Notes: generated by a model not told the origin, from the sequence alone. DNA of 64,000 nt from Dehalococcoidia bacterium (GCA_963666115.2 CAXXET010000002.1:1-64000), one strand, 5' to 3'. Counted from the first letter of the stretch, positions 19,950-31,000 are shown. Translations and numbers: made by a program.

Positions 19950-21398
19950 ATCCGGCATATGCTCCCCGTGGTGGATGCGTGACCGCCGCGCCACTCCCGT
20001 CCGGAGCGCCGCCTTGCTCACCGCCCGCGAAACCGCCGTCACCACGCGCGAATTGAACAGGCTTGGGATGATATTCTCCTCGCTCAGCTCGCGGTTGGAG
20101 ACGACGGCGGCCAGCGCCTGCGCAGCCGCCATCTTCATGTCCTCATTGATGCTCCGCGCGCGCACGTCCAGCACCCCGCGGAACAGGCCGGGGAAGCACA
20201 ACGCATTATTGATCTGGTTCGGGTAGTCCGACCGCCCCGTCGCCACCACGCGCACGTATCGATGCGCCTCCTCCGGGGATACCTCGGGATCGGGGTTGGC
20301 CAGCGCAAACACGATGCCGTCGCTGTTCATGCGCGCCAGGTCCTCCGGCTCGATGACCCCCGGCCCGGAGAGGCCGATGAAGAGGTCGGAATCGTTCAGT
20401 CCGGCGCGAATATCCCCGGCGAAATTGCGCGGGTTCGTGTTCTCGGCAAGCCACATCTTGCCCGCGTTGCCCTCGATGTCGCCGCGGTCGCGGTGAATCG
20501 CTCCCTGCCGGTCAAACACGATGATGTCGCGGAGGCCCGCCGCGACGAGCATCCGCGTCGTCGCCACCCCGCTCGCCCCGGCGCCGGTCATGACGGCGCG
20601 AAGCTCGCCGATGTCCTTGTCGACGATCTTGAGCGCGTTCAGCAGCGCCGCCGTCACAACGACTGCCGTCCCGTGCTGGTCGTCGTGGAAGACGGGAATA
20701 TCCAGTTCCTCTTTCAGCCGCTCCTCGATTTCAAAGCAGCGCGGCGCGGAAATGTCCTCCAAATTGATGCCGCCGAACCCCACGGCCAGCGCCTTGACCG
20801 TATCCACAATCTGGTCGGGGTCGCTTGTGTCCAGGCAGATCGGCCACGCGTCCACGTCGGCGAGTTCCTTGAAGAGGATCGCCTTGCCTTCCATGACGGG
20901 CAGGGCGGCCTCAGGGCCAATGTTGCCAAGACCCAGCACGGCGGTTCCGTCCGAGACAACGGCCACCGTGTTCGCCTTGGACGTAAGCGACCACACGGAC
21001 TCCGGGTTCGCGCCGATGTAGGAGGCCACGCGGCCAACGCCCGGCGTGTACACCTGCGAGAGGTCGCGGTGGTTCTCCACGGGCGTCCGCGTGTGCATCT
21101 CGATCTTGCCGCCCGTGTGGACGAGGAATGATGGGTCGGTGAACGCGATGATTCGCGCGCCCGCCTTGCGCAGCGCCCGCGCCACGCGCTGGCCGTGCTC
21201 CATGTTCATCACCCCGATGGTGAGGTCACGGACGATGCGCTTGCCGCGCGTGCGAACCAGGTCAACGGCGGTGATATCGGCCTCGTGCTCGCCAACGGTG
21301 GTCGTTATCATGCCGAGCATTCCGATCTTGTTCGGATACTCCAGGCGAATCGTGACCGTATACCCGTATTCGGGATAATCGGATGAGACCACTGGCAC
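19929..21398 (-). CDS. NAD(P)-dependent malic enzyme with N-terminal ACT domain
   Basis: YTPGV, DGTAVLGLGNIGP, PVMEGK, INLEDISAPRCF, FHDDQHGTA, GAGASG, NQINN; ACT-like N-terminus. Confidence 0.93.
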   Translation of the reverse strand: MPVVSSDYPEYGYTVTIRLEYPNKIGMLGMITTTVGEHEADITAVDLVRTRGKRIVRDLTIGVMNMEHGQRVARALRKAGARIIAFTDPSFLVHTGGKIEMHTRTPVENHRDLSQVYTPGVGRVASYIGANPESVWSLTSKANTVAVVSDGTAVLGLGNIGPEAALPVMEGKAILFKELADVDAWPICLDTSDPDQIVDTVKALAVGFGGINLEDISAPRCFEIEERLKEELDIPVFHDDQHGTAVVVTAALLNALKIVDKDIGELRAVMTGAGASGVATTRMLVAAGLRDIIVFDRQGAIHRDRGDIEGNAGKMWLAENTNPRNFAGDIRAGLNDSDLFIGLSGPGVIEPEDLARMNSDGIVFALANPDPEVSPEEAHRYVRVVATGRSDYPNQINNALCFPGLFRGVLDVRARSINEDMKMAAAQALAAVVSNRELSEENIIPSLFNSRVVTAVSRAVSKAALRTGVARRSRIHHGEHMPDLSPLAH

Positions 21399-21471
21399 CT
21401 CCCCCCAGGCGCATCAAGGCGTGAACAGCCAGTATAGCCGCCACCGCCCCCCGCACGCCAACACGCCCGCG

Positions 21472-22641
21472 TCACTCCCCGAACGTCTCTACCTGCGCCC
21501 CCTCCACGCTCATCCGCACCAGCTCGCTCACGTCAAGCGCCGCCTCTGTCCGCTCAGCCTCGCGTACCGAAGACCGCAGTACAGGATGGCGCGGCACGAA
21601 GAGCGAGCAGCAATCCTCGTCCGGCAAGATTGAAATATCAAACGTCCCCAAGTGGCGCGCCTCTGCGATGATCTCCTGCTTGTCCATCCCGATCAGGGGC
21701 CGCAGCGCCGGCATCGTCGCTGCCGAATCAATCGTCGCGATGTTCTCCACCGTCTGGCTCGCCACCTGCCCGATGCTCTCGCCCGTCACCAGCGCCAACG
21801 CCCCCACCCGCCGCGCGATCTCCTCCGCCACGCGCACCATGAATCGCCGGTAGGCAACCACCCGGTACGCCGGCTTGACCGCCGCTACGATCTGCCTCTG
21901 CGCGTCCGCGAACGGCACAAGGTGAAGCCGCGACCCGAATTGCGATTCGTCCAGCGTCCTCACCAGGTCCCGCGCCTTGTCCCGCGATGAGCCGTCCACG
22001 AGCGGGAAACTGTGGAAATGGACAAAATCCACCGTGCAGCCGCGCCTGAACATGCGCGCCGCCGCCACCGGCGAATCAATCCCGCCGGACAGCAGCGCCA
22101 TCACGTGGCCGGAACTCCCAACCGGCAGCCCTCCCGCGCCCGCAACCGACTCCACGTACACGAACGCGCCCCTCTCGCGCACGTCAACCCGGAGGTCGAT
22201 GTCCGGCCCCCGCAGCTTAACCGTCGCCCCCGTCTCGGCCTCCACCAATGCGCCGATCTCTGTGTTCAACTCAACCGACGTCATCGGATAGCGTTTGTCC
22301 GAGCGAGACGCCGACACACGGAACGTCTCTGCACCGTTCCATTCCGCGCGAATGAGGTCTCTCACGCCGTCCACAATCTCATCGAACCCCAGGCCTGTGC
22401 GGAGGGCCGGCGCGATGCGCGCAATCCCATAAACGCGTGAGAGGGCGCGCAGGGCAGGGGAGGCATCCGATCCGTCCGGCAAGTCCACGCGAATCTGGCT
22501 GCGCTCCTGCCGCACCGGATGATCGAGCCCCGCCCGCGCCAGCGCCTTGCGAACGTTCGTCGCCAGCGCGCCCGTGAACATGCCGCGGTTCTTTCCCTTG
22601 AGCCCCACCTCGTGGTAGCGAATCAGCAGGTGTCGTGACAT
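21472..22641 (-). CDS. thiI: tRNA 4-thiouridine synthase ThiI (no rhodanese domain)
   Basis: RYHEVGLKGKNR, THUMP region, LLSGGIDSPVA, TGESIGQVASQT, RPLIGMDK, DCC. Confidence 0.95.
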   Translation of the reverse strand: MSRHLLIRYHEVGLKGKNRGMFTGALATNVRKALARAGLDHPVRQERSQIRVDLPDGSDASPALRALSRVYGIARIAPALRTGLGFDEIVDGVRDLIRAEWNGAETFRVSASRSDKRYPMTSVELNTEIGALVEAETGATVKLRGPDIDLRVDVRERGAFVYVESVAGAGGLPVGSSGHVMALLSGGIDSPVAAARMFRRGCTVDFVHFHSFPLVDGSSRDKARDLVRTLDESQFGSRLHLVPFADAQRQIVAAVKPAYRVVAYRRFMVRVAEEIARRVGALALVTGESIGQVASQTVENIATIDSAATMPALRPLIGMDKQEIIAEARHLGTFDISILPDEDCCSLFVPRHPVLRSSVREAERTEAALDVSELVRMSVEGAQVETFGE

Positions 22642-22715
22642 TCCTCTCGCGCCGTTCCCCGTTGCATAGCCGCCCATCAATACTAACGCGGTCTACTCGC
22701 GCCGCGCCCCGCTCC

Positions 22716-22745
22716 TTGACACGCAATTGGGCGGCGGCGTACAGT
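22716..22745 (+). promoter_or_regulatory. Sigma70-type promoter for YHS gene
   Basis: TTGACA (22716-21), 18 nt spacer, TACAGT (22740-45). Confidence 0.55.
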
Positions 22746-22792
22746 CGGCATGACTTATTGCCTTGAACACGTAGAAAGTGGGGGAGTGGGAG

Positions 22793-22996
22793 ATGCCTGA
22801 AACTGATCCTGTCACCGGGTACGAGTTCTCCGACAGCGAGGTCACGGAGATCGACAACGGCAACAACCGCGTCGGCACCAAGTTCCGGCACGATAGCAAG
22901 TGGTACTACTTCAGGAGCCTGTCTGAGCGCCAGAAGTTCATCGGCAACCCCGAGGCCTACCTCGGCGGCGGCGAAAACTCAGACTCCAACGACTAG
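22793..22996 (+). CDS. Small YHS-domain-like protein (Cys-less)
   Basis: GGGAG RBS; DPVTG...YYFRS....KFIGNPEAYL matches the YHS/TRASH pattern without cysteines. Confidence 0.7.
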   Translation: MPETDPVTGYEFSDSEVTEIDNGNNRVGTKFRHDSKWYYFRSLSERQKFIGNPEAYLGGGENSDSND

Positions 22997-24453
22997 GCCG
23001 CCGGCCTCTCCACAAGTTCATCAACCAGGTCCCAATACGCTGTTGCCAGCGACGGATCCCTGTCATTCAGGTAGTCGTCCAGCGTCGGGAATATCACCAC
23101 GTTCGGCGTGATTCCAATCGTCTGGATTTGACGCCCGAACGGAGTGTGCCAGTTGGAGACGGTCACGTACAGCGCGGAGCCGTCGCTTAGCTCCTGAAAT
23201 GCCTGCACGCTGCCCTTGCCGTACGTTGTCGTGCCGTACACCGTGGCGCGGCCGTAGTCCTGCAGCGCCCCGGCCACCACCTCGGACGCGCTCGCGGAGA
23301 ACCCGTTGACCAGCACCGCCAGGGGCAGTTCATACGCCTGCCCGTCCCCATCAACCTCCCATTCAGTGCGGCTGCCGTCCCGCGCCACCTCGTACATCGC
23401 CAGCCCCTCCGGCACGAATTCGCCCACGATGCTGACCGCGCCGGACAGCGAGCCCCCCGGATTCGAACGAAAATCCAGGATGAGCGCCGCGATGGCCCGT
23501 TCGAGCAGCGTCCCCAGCGCCTCCTCGAAATCATCCCCCGTCTCCCGGTGGAAGCGTTCAACCCGTATGTAGCCAATCAGCGGCCGTTCCGTGTCCTCGC
23601 CAAAGATTCGGATCTCGAGGGACGTCGGAACCACCCCGCGCACAACCGTCACGCTCAGTTGGCTGTCGGCATCGTCCCACGGCCGTCGTATCTCAAGCAC
23701 AACCTCCGTCCCGCTCTCCCCCTTGACGATTTCCACCAGTTCCTCGACGGCCATCCCCGTCACGTCCACGCCGTCCACGGCGATGATGCCGTCGCCCTCC
23801 TGCAAGCCCGCCGCCTCCGCCGGCCCTCCAATGAACACGTCTGAGATGACGTTGATCTCGCCCGTATTCCCAACCCGCGCTCCGATGCCCTCATACGAGC
23901 TTTCCGCGAAATAATCCTGCGCGCTCTCATACTGCCCGGCATCCAGGAACGTCAGAGCAGGGTCCTCGCCGCGCACGAACAGCCCCCGCCGCGCAGCCTC
24001 CGTGATCGCCGCCGCCGCCGCGTCCGGATAATCCCGCCGCAGAATCTGCATGGCCCGCCACACATCCTCCAGCCCGGGCGGCACGGACGAGGGCGCTTCC
24101 TGGTCGAAATTTTCCACTTCGGACAGGATGTGCTCCATGGTCGTGAAGCCCCGATCGCCGGACGCCGCAATGGTCATGAAGTAGATGGCGCGGTCGATGT
24201 CCTCCTGGCCGGGACGCAGTGGAATACCCGTCGTCTCCTCAAAGACGCGCATCGCCTCGGTCAAAATGCCGAAGTTCCCCGGCCCGCCGAACGACAACCG
24301 CTCTGACCCCGGCGCGACGAACGTCTCACGCGTTCCCACGACCAGCACGATGAAAACCATGAGCAGGGACAGCCCAACCGTAAACGACAGCGCGCGGCCT
24401 GCGTTCAGTCGAGGCTCAGGGCGATGTTCCGGTTCAGGATGATTCAGATTCAT
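22993..24453 (-). CDS. S41 family C-terminal processing peptidase (PDZ) with N-terminal TM anchor
   Basis: [48 protein letters not shown]; start 24453 or 24465. Confidence 0.92.
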   Translation of the reverse strand: MNLNHPEPEHRPEPRLNAGRALSFTVGLSLLMVFIVLVVGTRETFVAPGSERLSFGGPGNFGILTEAMRVFEETTGIPLRPGQEDIDRAIYFMTIAASGDRGFTTMEHILSEVENFDQEAPSSVPPGLEDVWRAMQILRRDYPDAAAAAITEAARRGLFVRGEDPALTFLDAGQYESAQDYFAESSYEGIGARVGNTGEINVISDVFIGGPAEAAGLQEGDGIIAVDGVDVTGMAVEELVEIVKGESGTEVVLEIRRPWDDADSQLSVTVVRGVVPTSLEIRIFGEDTERPLIGYIRVERFHRETGDDFEEALGTLLERAIAALILDFRSNPGGSLSGAVSIVGEFVPEGLAMYEVARDGSRTEWEVDGDGQAYELPLAVLVNGFSASASEVVAGALQDYGRATVYGTTTYGKGSVQAFQELSDGSALYVTVSNWHTPFGRQIQTIGITPNVVIFPTLDDYLNDRDPSLATAYWDLVDELVERPAA

Positions 24454-24586
24454 GGCTGGTTTCATTCTACGCGCGTCGCGCAGCCTGACTACCCACGACG
24501 CGGGTTCGCTGCCGTTGCGTCGTATACTTGAACGCACACAACGAACCGTCACGGTTTGCCGCCGTGAGCGGCATACACGGAGGCAG

Positions 24587-25758
24587 ATGAGCAAGCGACA
24601 CAGCGGCAGCGGCCCCGGATCAAACGGCCACGCCACCGCCCGGCCCGGCGAGCGGGCGCTGCTCATCGGTGCGGCGGTCAAGGGCAGGGGAGCGTCCTCG
24701 GCCCTCGATGAGTCCCTTGACGAACTCAGTTCGCTCGCGCAGAGCGCCGGCGCAACCGTTGTGGCTGTTGAGCGCCAGCGGCTCGATAGATTCACGCCGC
24801 ACTACATGGGCAGCGGCAAGCTCGAGGATATGCTGCGCCTCTCGCGTGACGAGGACATCTCAACGGTCATCCTCGACGACGAGCTGACGCCAACCCAGCA
24901 GCGCAACCTGGAAGAATCCTTCAAGGTCAAGGTGCTGGACAGGACGGCGTTGATCCTGGACATCTTCGCGCAGCGCGCCCAGTCCATGGAGGGGCGGCTG
25001 CAGGTTGAATTGGCGCAGCACGAATACCTGCTGCCGCGCATTCGAGGGCAGTGGAGCCACCTGGAGCGGCTTGGCGGCGGCATTGGAACGCGCGGCCCCG
25101 GCGAATCGCAGTTGGAAACGGACCGCCGCCTTGTCCGCAACCGCATCCACCGGCTCAAAAGACAGTTGGAGGACGTGCGCCGCCGCCGCGCCCAACACCG
25201 TGAATCCCGCAGGAACAAGGGCCTGCCCACCGTCTCCCTCATCGGCTACACCAACGCCGGCAAGAGCACCCTGATGAACGCGCTGACACGCGCCGACGTG
25301 CTTGCTGAGGACAAACCGTTTGCAACCCTTGACCCGTAACGCGCATGATGCGCCTGCCAGCAGGCGGCGAGGGGCTGCTCACCGACACGGTCGGCTTTAT
25401 CCAAAAACTCCCGCACAGCCTCGTCGCGGCCTTTCGTGCAACGCTTGAGGAGCTGCAGGACGCCGACCTTCTCCTCCACGTCGCGGACGCCAACGCGCCC
25501 GCCGCGTCCATGCACTACAAATCCGTGCTTTCGCTGCTGGACGAACTAGACGTCGCGCAAAAGCCGCGCATCCTCGTCATGAACAAGATGGACCTCGTTG
25601 ACGCCGAATCCTCCCCGGAATACCGCGCCCTCGTAGACCAGGCCCTCGGCAAGGCTCCCGACCTCACAATAATCCCGGCATCGGCGATTTCAGGCCGCGG
25701 TCTGGACGACCTCCGCGCGGCAATTGAATATCAACTCGCCGCCACGATACGACGGTAG
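24587..25758 (+). CDS. hflX: GTPase HflX, split by a one-base deletion near 25336
   Basis: [42 protein letters not shown] then frame change to DTVGFI, NKMD, SA. Adding one base at gac ccg ^ta acg restores the frame (a G gives DPVTR). Confidence 0.9.
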
Positions 25759-25936
25759 ATTCTTCACTCCGCTGCGCTCCGTTCAGAATGACATTTGCCG
25801 TGTCATTCGCGGTGTTTCGTGAAACCGTCGGGGCAGTGGGGTCATGGCGCGTTTTCGTCACCCCATATCAAACTTCGCACAATAGATATTATGTCGTTTT
25901 CAATACGGCTGTCATTCTGAGCGCAGCGAAGAATCT
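25757..25936. repeat. Inverted pair of REP-like palindromes (TGTCATTCTGA..GAAGAATCT) around an AT-richer spacer
   Basis: Reverse copy 25757-25793 overlapping the hflX TAG; forward copy 25910-25936. Confidence 0.85.
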
Positions 25937-25984
25937 TCCCGCGCCGTTGACATCCCGCAACCCCAGACCCCACGATTAATCGCC

Positions 25985-26359
25985 ATGAACAAAGTCTACC
26001 GAAACTACATCATCGGCCTCGTCGCCGTCGGATTCATCGTCCTCAACCCGCTCCACCTCCCGTGGACCATGCAGTGGTTCATCGAGAACCAGGCCGGCAC
26101 GCCGCTCGGCGATTTCGCCGCCGAGTATGAGTCGCAGATCATCGTCGGCGCGACCGTCTACTTCACGGCGGTGATGATTCCCGTCTACATCTGGCTGTGG
26201 CGTCGGAGGCGCAACGCCGGGCAAACCCCTCGGAGAGAAGCCCCCGCGCCGGTTGAGAACCCGGAGCCCGGCGAGCCATCCTATCGCGGCCCCGGCGGCG
26301 GCAAACGCCTTCCGCCCAGCATGAGACCCAGCGCCAACCGCCGCCGCCGCAGACGCTAA
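25985..26359 (+). CDS. Hypothetical two-TM membrane protein with basic tail
   Basis: Two hydrophobic segments, host-like codon usage; TTGACA at 25947 upstream. Confidence 0.7.
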   Translation: MNKVYRNYIIGLVAVGFIVLNPLHLPWTMQWFIENQAGTPLGDFAAEYESQIIVGATVYFTAVMIPVYIWLWRRRRNAGQTPRREAPAPVENPEPGEPSYRGPGGGKRLPPSMRPSANRRRRRR

Positions 26360-26367
26360 CGCCCCCC

Positions 26368-26874
26368 ATGCGCCGCTACGAACCCGAAACCGTCAAAGAC
26401 ATCGTTCTCGGCTACCTGGGACGCGGCGGCTATATCCTGCCGACAAATGAGTCCGGCGAGCAGCCGCCCATCGGCGACCTTGTCATCCTCCAGGGCCGCG
26501 GCCACCGCGCAGTCGCCCGATTCGAGTTCGGCGTGTCTCCGGGCAATCTCGGCCCAGCCGTCGTGGAGGAGTTCAGCAACCAAAAGGAGTCGCTTCAGGC
26601 TGCCGCCGCTTTTCTGATCACGGATGGAGAGCTCTCGAACGAGGCAAGGGAGCGCGTGCAGGAGGCCGGCGTCACCGTCATCGCCGGGAAATCACTGGAA
26701 AACCTGGTCGTGGCCTATCGAGGCGCGACGTGGCCTCCGCTCAGGCCGCCGGAGGAACCGCTCCCGTTCCAGAAATACATCCCCTGGTTCGTCGGAATAT
26801 CCCTGGTCGTCATCGTCCTCATCGTGCTGGCCCTAATCTCCGCCGAACTAACCATTCGCCCCATACCGTTCTAG
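26368..26874 (+). CDS. Mrr-like restriction-endonuclease-fold protein with C-terminal TM (catalytic motif degenerate)
   Basis: [32 protein letters not shown] resemble Mrr_cat; hydrophobic C-terminus. Confidence 0.6.
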   Translation: MRRYEPETVKDIVLGYLGRGGYILPTNESGEQPPIGDLVILQGRGHRAVARFEFGVSPGNLGPAVVEEFSNQKESLQAAAAFLITDGELSNEARERVQEAGVTVIAGKSLENLVVAYRGATWPPLRPPEEPLPFQKYIPWFVGISLVVIVLIVLALISAELTIRPIPF

Positions 26875-27335
26875 CCCCGCCGCGCCCGCCCACGCTCCTC
26901 GCTGTCGATGATCACCGTCACCGGCCCGTCATTGACCAACTCCACCTCCATCATCGCCCCGAAACGCCCCGTCGCCACCGCCAGACCCTGACCTCGCAGC
27001 TCAGCGACCAGCAGCTCATAAAGCCGTTCCGCCTCCGTGGGCGGCGCCGCCGCCGCGAAGCTCGGCCTGCGCCCCTTGCGCGTGTCCGCGTACAAAGTGA
27101 ACTGGCTGACGACAAGCAGCGATCCGCCCGTTTCGCTCACGGAACGCTCGAAATGCTTGTCCCCGTCCGCGAATATCCGCATCCCGGCGATCTTCCCTGC
27201 CAGGTAGCGAACATCATCCTCGGTATCGCCCTCGCGCACCCCGGCGAGAATCAGCCCCCCAGGCCCAATCTCCCCGACAACCTCCCCGCCAACGCGCACG
27301 CTAGCCCGCAAAACCCGCTGAATGACGACCCTCAT
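26871..27335 (-). CDS. dtd: D-aminoacyl-tRNA deacylase
   Basis: [38 protein letters not shown]. Confidence 0.97.
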   Translation of the reverse strand: MRVVIQRVLRASVRVGGEVVGEIGPGGLILAGVREGDTEDDVRYLAGKIAGMRIFADGDKHFERSVSETGGSLLVVSQFTLYADTRKGRRPSFAAAAPPTEAERLYELLVAELRGQGLAVATGRFGAMMEVELVNDGPVTVIIDSEERGRARRG

Positions 27336-27354
27336 ATCTGAATGACGATCCTCA

Positions 27355-27381
27355 TGTCATTCTGAGCGCAGCGAAGAATCT
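27355..27381 (+). repeat. REP-like palindrome
   Basis: TGTCATTCTGAGCGCAGCGAAGAATCT, identical to 25910-25936; overlaps TAG of the adjacent minus-strand gene. Confidence 0.9.
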
Positions 27382-27697
27382 AATGCGGATGCGGGTGTGG
27401 ATGGGAGTGGTCTGATGCCCCGGCGGAAGCGTGGTCGTGCCCGTCGCCGTTAGAGGAATCCCCGCCCGAGTCGCCGCCGTCATCATCGGACTCCCTGGAG
27501 GATGGCTGCCCCGTCTTCCTGCCGCCGTAATCGTTCACATAAAAGCCGCTTCCCTTGAACACGACGGCGGGCATGGAGATACGCTGCTTCGCCTCGTCGC
27601 CGCACTCTGGGCACGTCGCCTTCCGGGCGTCATGATACCCTTGCCGCACGGTAAAGCGATGCGGGCATGATGGGCACTCATAGTCGTACATCGGCAT
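27380..27697 (-). CDS. FmdB-family zinc-ribbon protein with His-rich tail
   Basis: MPMYDYECPSC...CPEC...VVFKGSGFYVNDY; ends HDH..HSHPHPHPH. Confidence 0.88.
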   Translation of the reverse strand: MPMYDYECPSCPHRFTVRQGYHDARKATCPECGDEAKQRISMPAVVFKGSGFYVNDYGGRKTGQPSSRESDDDGGDSGGDSSNGDGHDHASAGASDHSHPHPHPH

Positions 27698-27713
27698 GAC
27701 TGGTATTCCCGAC

Positions 27714-27977
27714 CTAGTACGCGCCGACTCCCGTATCCGGGTCCATCCTGCCTTGGTCCTCGGCCTCCGCCTTGCGGTTCCAGTAGCTGCCGAACCCGGT
27801 CTTCTTCTTCTCGCTTGTGTAGAACCCGTCCGAGTTGTACACCACCTGCGGCGCGTAGAGAACCCGCTTGCTCTCTGCGTTGCATGACGGACACGGCGCG
27901 ACCGGCTCCGAGTCAAAACTCTGTCGAAGCTCAAACCGTTCCCCGCACTTCGGGCAGTCGTAATCGTATCGTGGCAC
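27714..27977 (-). CDS. FmdB-family zinc-ribbon protein (second paralog)
   Basis: GGGAG RBS, GTG start; PRYDYDCPKC...CPSC...DGFYT. Confidence 0.85.
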   Translation of the reverse strand: MPRYDYDCPKCGERFELRQSFDSEPVAPCPSCNAESKRVLYAPQVVYNSDGFYTSEKKKTGFGSYWNRKAEAEDQGRMDPDTGVGAY

Positions 27978-28105
27978 TCTTGTCTCCCAGTTCCCGCGTG
28001 GCCTTAACAAAATCAAGCGAAGGCACATAAGATTGTATGTGTGGCCGTATCTGCGGTCAACCAACCCGCGCGGCGGCGCGCGGCAAGCATCGGGGGAGTT
28101 CGCAC

Positions 28106-28762
28106 GTGGCGCAGGACATCAGGCTGGGGCGATTCTTCGTTGTCGTGGGTCTGCTGAGCCTGATCGTCCTCGTGCTGGCCGCGTGCTCTGCCGAACCGAC
28201 GCCCACCCCCACCCCGCAGCCCGCCGCTCCGGACGCGACCCCCGACCCGTGCGCCGGCGCCACGTCAGGTGAGGACTGGCTCAGCCGGGACTACTGGACC
28301 AACGCGGACGCGGCCCAGGTGCAGCTCGACCTTGACTGTGGCGCTGATGCTGTCGCAGCGAACGATAATGGATGGACGCCCCTGCACTACTCCACCTCGT
28401 ACAACAACGCCGCCGATGTCACCGGGGCGCTGGTCGACGCCGGCGCGGATATCGAGGCGAAGGACCCCAAGTACGGCTTCACGCCCCTCCACCTCGCGTC
28501 CTACTACACCTCAAACCCGGACCTCATCCGCGTCCTTGTTGACGCCGGCGCCAACCTGCAGGCCCAGGACAAGGAGGGTCAATCACCCCTGCACCACGCC
28601 GCCGCCAACAACAAGACGGCGAGCGTCACCGAGGCGCTGCTGGACGCCGGCGCGGACACTGCGGCGCAGGACGCGGGCGGCAGGACGCCGCTGGACACCG
28701 CAGAGGGCAGGGGCAACCCCGTCGCCGCGGAATTGTTGCAGGAAGCGGCTGGTTCCTCGTAG
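28106..28762 (+). CDS. Ankyrin-repeat lipoprotein
   Basis: GGGGAG RBS; signal peptide with LAAC lipobox, PTPTPTP linker, GWTPLH/GFTPLH/GQSPLH/GRTPLD repeats. Confidence 0.9.
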   Translation: MAQDIRLGRFFVVVGLLSLIVLVLAACSAEPTPTPTPQPAAPDATPDPCAGATSGEDWLSRDYWTNADAAQVQLDLDCGADAVAANDNGWTPLHYSTSYNNAADVTGALVDAGADIEAKDPKYGFTPLHLASYYTSNPDLIRVLVDAGANLQAQDKEGQSPLHHAAANNKTASVTEALLDAGADTAAQDAGGRTPLDTAEGRGNPVAAELLQEAAGSS

Positions 28763-28829
28763 GCAGCCCGCCCTGCCCTGCGTGCTATACTGGCCTGAGT
28801 ACGGATTTCTTATCAAAAAGGGGTGGCTC

Positions 28830-29654
28830 TTGACGACTGACGGCGAGGCAACGACGGCCAGCGAGGAAACAACGACGATTCAGGCTGCGGCGGAAGCGCC
28901 GCCGGCTCCCGACGAGGACGGTGACAAGCCTGAAATCACCATGAAGACGCTGCTGGAGGCCGGAGTCCATTTCGGACACCCCACCCGCCGCTGGCACCCC
29001 AAGATGAAGCCCTTTGTGTTCACGCAGCGCAACGGCATCCACATCATCGATCTCCAGAAGACCCTCAACCGGCTTGAGGCCGCCGCCGAGTTCGTCCGGG
29101 AAGTAGCCGTGACCGGCAAGAAGGTGCTTTTCGTCGGTACCAAGAAGCAGGCGCAGGACGCCATCTCATCGGAGGCCACCCGCGCCGATCAGCCCTGGGT
29201 CAACCAGCGGTGGCTCGGCGGCACTCTCACCAACTTCCGCACCATCCAGTCGCGCATCGACTACCTCGTCCGCCAGGAAGACCGCCGTTCCAAGGGAGAG
29301 TTCGCCTTCCTGCCCAAGAAGGAGGCCGGACGCCTCGAGGACCGAATCGCCAAGCTCAACCGCTATCTCGGCGGCATCAAGGCCATGACCGAAATGCCCG
29401 GCGCGATCTTCGTCATCGACGCCTCCCGCGAGAAGATCGCCATTGCCGAGGGGCGCAAGATGGGCATTCCCATCATCGCCATCGCGGATACCGACTGCAA
29501 CGTTGACCTTATCGATTACCCCATCCCCGGCAATGATGACGCCATCCGCGCCCTCCGCTTGATGACCGGCCGCATCGCCGACGCCGTCATCGAGGGCGCA
29601 ACCGAAGGACAGAACATGAGGCAAGAGGGCGAGGCCGCCGCAGCGACCGCCTGA
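28830..29654 (+). CDS. rpsB: 30S ribosomal protein S2
   Basis: [45 protein letters not shown]; start TTG 28830 or ATG 28941; TGcTATACT at 28784. Confidence 0.97.
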   Translation: MTTDGEATTASEETTTIQAAAEAPPAPDEDGDKPEITMKTLLEAGVHFGHPTRRWHPKMKPFVFTQRNGIHIIDLQKTLNRLEAAAEFVREVAVTGKKVLFVGTKKQAQDAISSEATRADQPWVNQRWLGGTLTNFRTIQSRIDYLVRQEDRRSKGEFAFLPKKEAGRLEDRIAKLNRYLGGIKAMTEMPGAIFVIDASREKIAIAEGRKMGIPIIAIADTDCNVDLIDYPIPGNDDAIRALRLMTGRIADAVIEGATEGQNMRQEGEAAAATA

Positions 29655-29691
29655 CCATCAACTGCCCTACCCCAACTAACAGGAGTGTGAT

Positions 29692-30201
29692 GTGACGACA
29701 ATCTCGGCTGATGCCATCAGGGAACTGCGCGAGCGAACTGGCGCGGGCATCATGGACTGCAAGCGCGCCCTCGAGGACGCGCAGGGCGACATGGACAAGG
29801 CAAGCGGCCTCCTCAAGGAGCGCGGCATCGCCACCGTCGCCAAGAAGGCATCCCGCGCCGCCAACGAGGGACTCATCGAAACCTACGTCCACGCAGGCGG
29901 GCGCATCGGTGTGATTGTCGAGCTCAACTGCGAGACGGATTTCGTCGCCCGGACGGAGGACTTCAAGGATCTGGCCCACAACATCGCCCTCCAGGTCGCC
30001 GCGATGAACCCGCAGGCCGTTGACGACGAAATCCCGCTCGATGACCTCGACACGTCCGGCGGAGAGCCGCGCCTCCTCCACCAGCCGTTCGTCAAGGACG
30101 GGAGCCTCACAATCGGCAGCCTCCTCACGGACACTGTCGCCAAAGTCGGCGAGAACATCGTCATCAGGCGCTTCGCCCGCTACGGCATCGGCGAAGAATA
30201 G
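29692..30201 (+). CDS. tsf: Elongation factor Ts (short form)
   Basis: [36 protein letters not shown]. Confidence 0.97.
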   Translation: MTTISADAIRELRERTGAGIMDCKRALEDAQGDMDKASGLLKERGIATVAKKASRAANEGLIETYVHAGGRIGVIVELNCETDFVARTEDFKDLAHNIALQVAAMNPQAVDDEIPLDDLDTSGGEPRLLHQPFVKDGSLTIGSLLTDTVAKVGENIVIRRFARYGIGEE

Positions 30202-30217
30202 AGAAAGGAGCGGGGGC

Positions 30218-30949
30218 GTGTCCGGCGATAAACCCCGGCGAGTCCTCCTCAAACTCAGCGGCGAGGCCCTGATGGGTGCTCGCGCATCCGGCATCGACGT
30301 CGATACCGTCCGCGTCGTCGCATCCGAGGTCTTTGACGTTCTGCAAACCGGCGTGCAGATGGGCATCGTCGTGGGCGGCGGCAATATCTGGCGCGGCAGG
30401 ATCGCCGAGGAGTCCGGCATGGACCGCGCCACCGCCGACTACTCCGGCATGTTGGCAACCGTCATCAACGCCCTCGCGCTCCAGACCACGCTTGAAAGCC
30501 TCGGCGCGGACGTCCGCACCCTCTCCGCCATCGCCATCCAGGCCGTCGCGGAGCCGTACATCCGCCGACGCGCCATCCGCCACATGGAAAAGGGGCGCGT
30601 CGTCATCTGCGCCGCCGGAACCGGCAACCCCTATATGACGACGGACACTGCCGCGTCGCTGCGCGCGGTGGAGGTGGGCGCGGATGTCCTCCTCATGTCC
30701 AAGAACAAGGTGGACGGCATCTACGACGCCGACCCCAACGAGCAGCCGGACGCGAAACGCTATTCCGCCATCAGCTATATGGAGGCCCTCAACCTGCGGC
30801 TCGGCGTCATGGACAGCACGGCTCTCACCCTGTGCATGGACAACACCCTGCCCATCGTCGTCTTTGACATCTTTGACAAGGGAAGTCTTGGCAGAATACT
30901 AAAGGGGGAAACCGTCGGCACCCTCGTCAACGCCACCGGCTCACGCTAA
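30218..30949 (+). CDS. pyrH: UMP kinase
   Basis: [39 protein letters not shown]. Confidence 0.97.
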   Translation: MSGDKPRRVLLKLSGEALMGARASGIDVDTVRVVASEVFDVLQTGVQMGIVVGGGNIWRGRIAEESGMDRATADYSGMLATVINALALQTTLESLGADVRTLSAIAIQAVAEPYIRRRAIRHMEKGRVVICAAGTGNPYMTTDTAASLRAVEVGADVLLMSKNKVDGIYDADPNEQPDAKRYSAISYMEALNLRLGVMDSTALTLCMDNTLPIVVFDIFDKGSLGRILKGETVGTLVNATGSR

Positions 30950-30951
30950 TA

Positions 30952-30986
30952 TCCCCTCTCCCCCGGGGAGAGGGCCAGGGTGAGGG
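30952..30986 (+). repeat. Second palindromic repeat family (CCCCTCTCCC..GGGAGAGGG..GGGTGAGGG)
   Basis: Related copy at 44812-44840; both lie just after stop codons. Confidence 0.75.
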
Positions 30987-31000
30987 TAAAGGAGACAAAA

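Noticed and set aside
25325-25350. Programmed frameshift or real pseudogene in hflX
   Set aside because: One missing base restores a normal G2 region, there is no slippery heptamer and both halves are intact; a sequencing indel is more likely (check reads).
28269-28829. Long N-terminal extension of RpsB
   Set aside because: Overlaps the ankyrin gene in another frame; promoter at 28784 places the start at 28830 or later.
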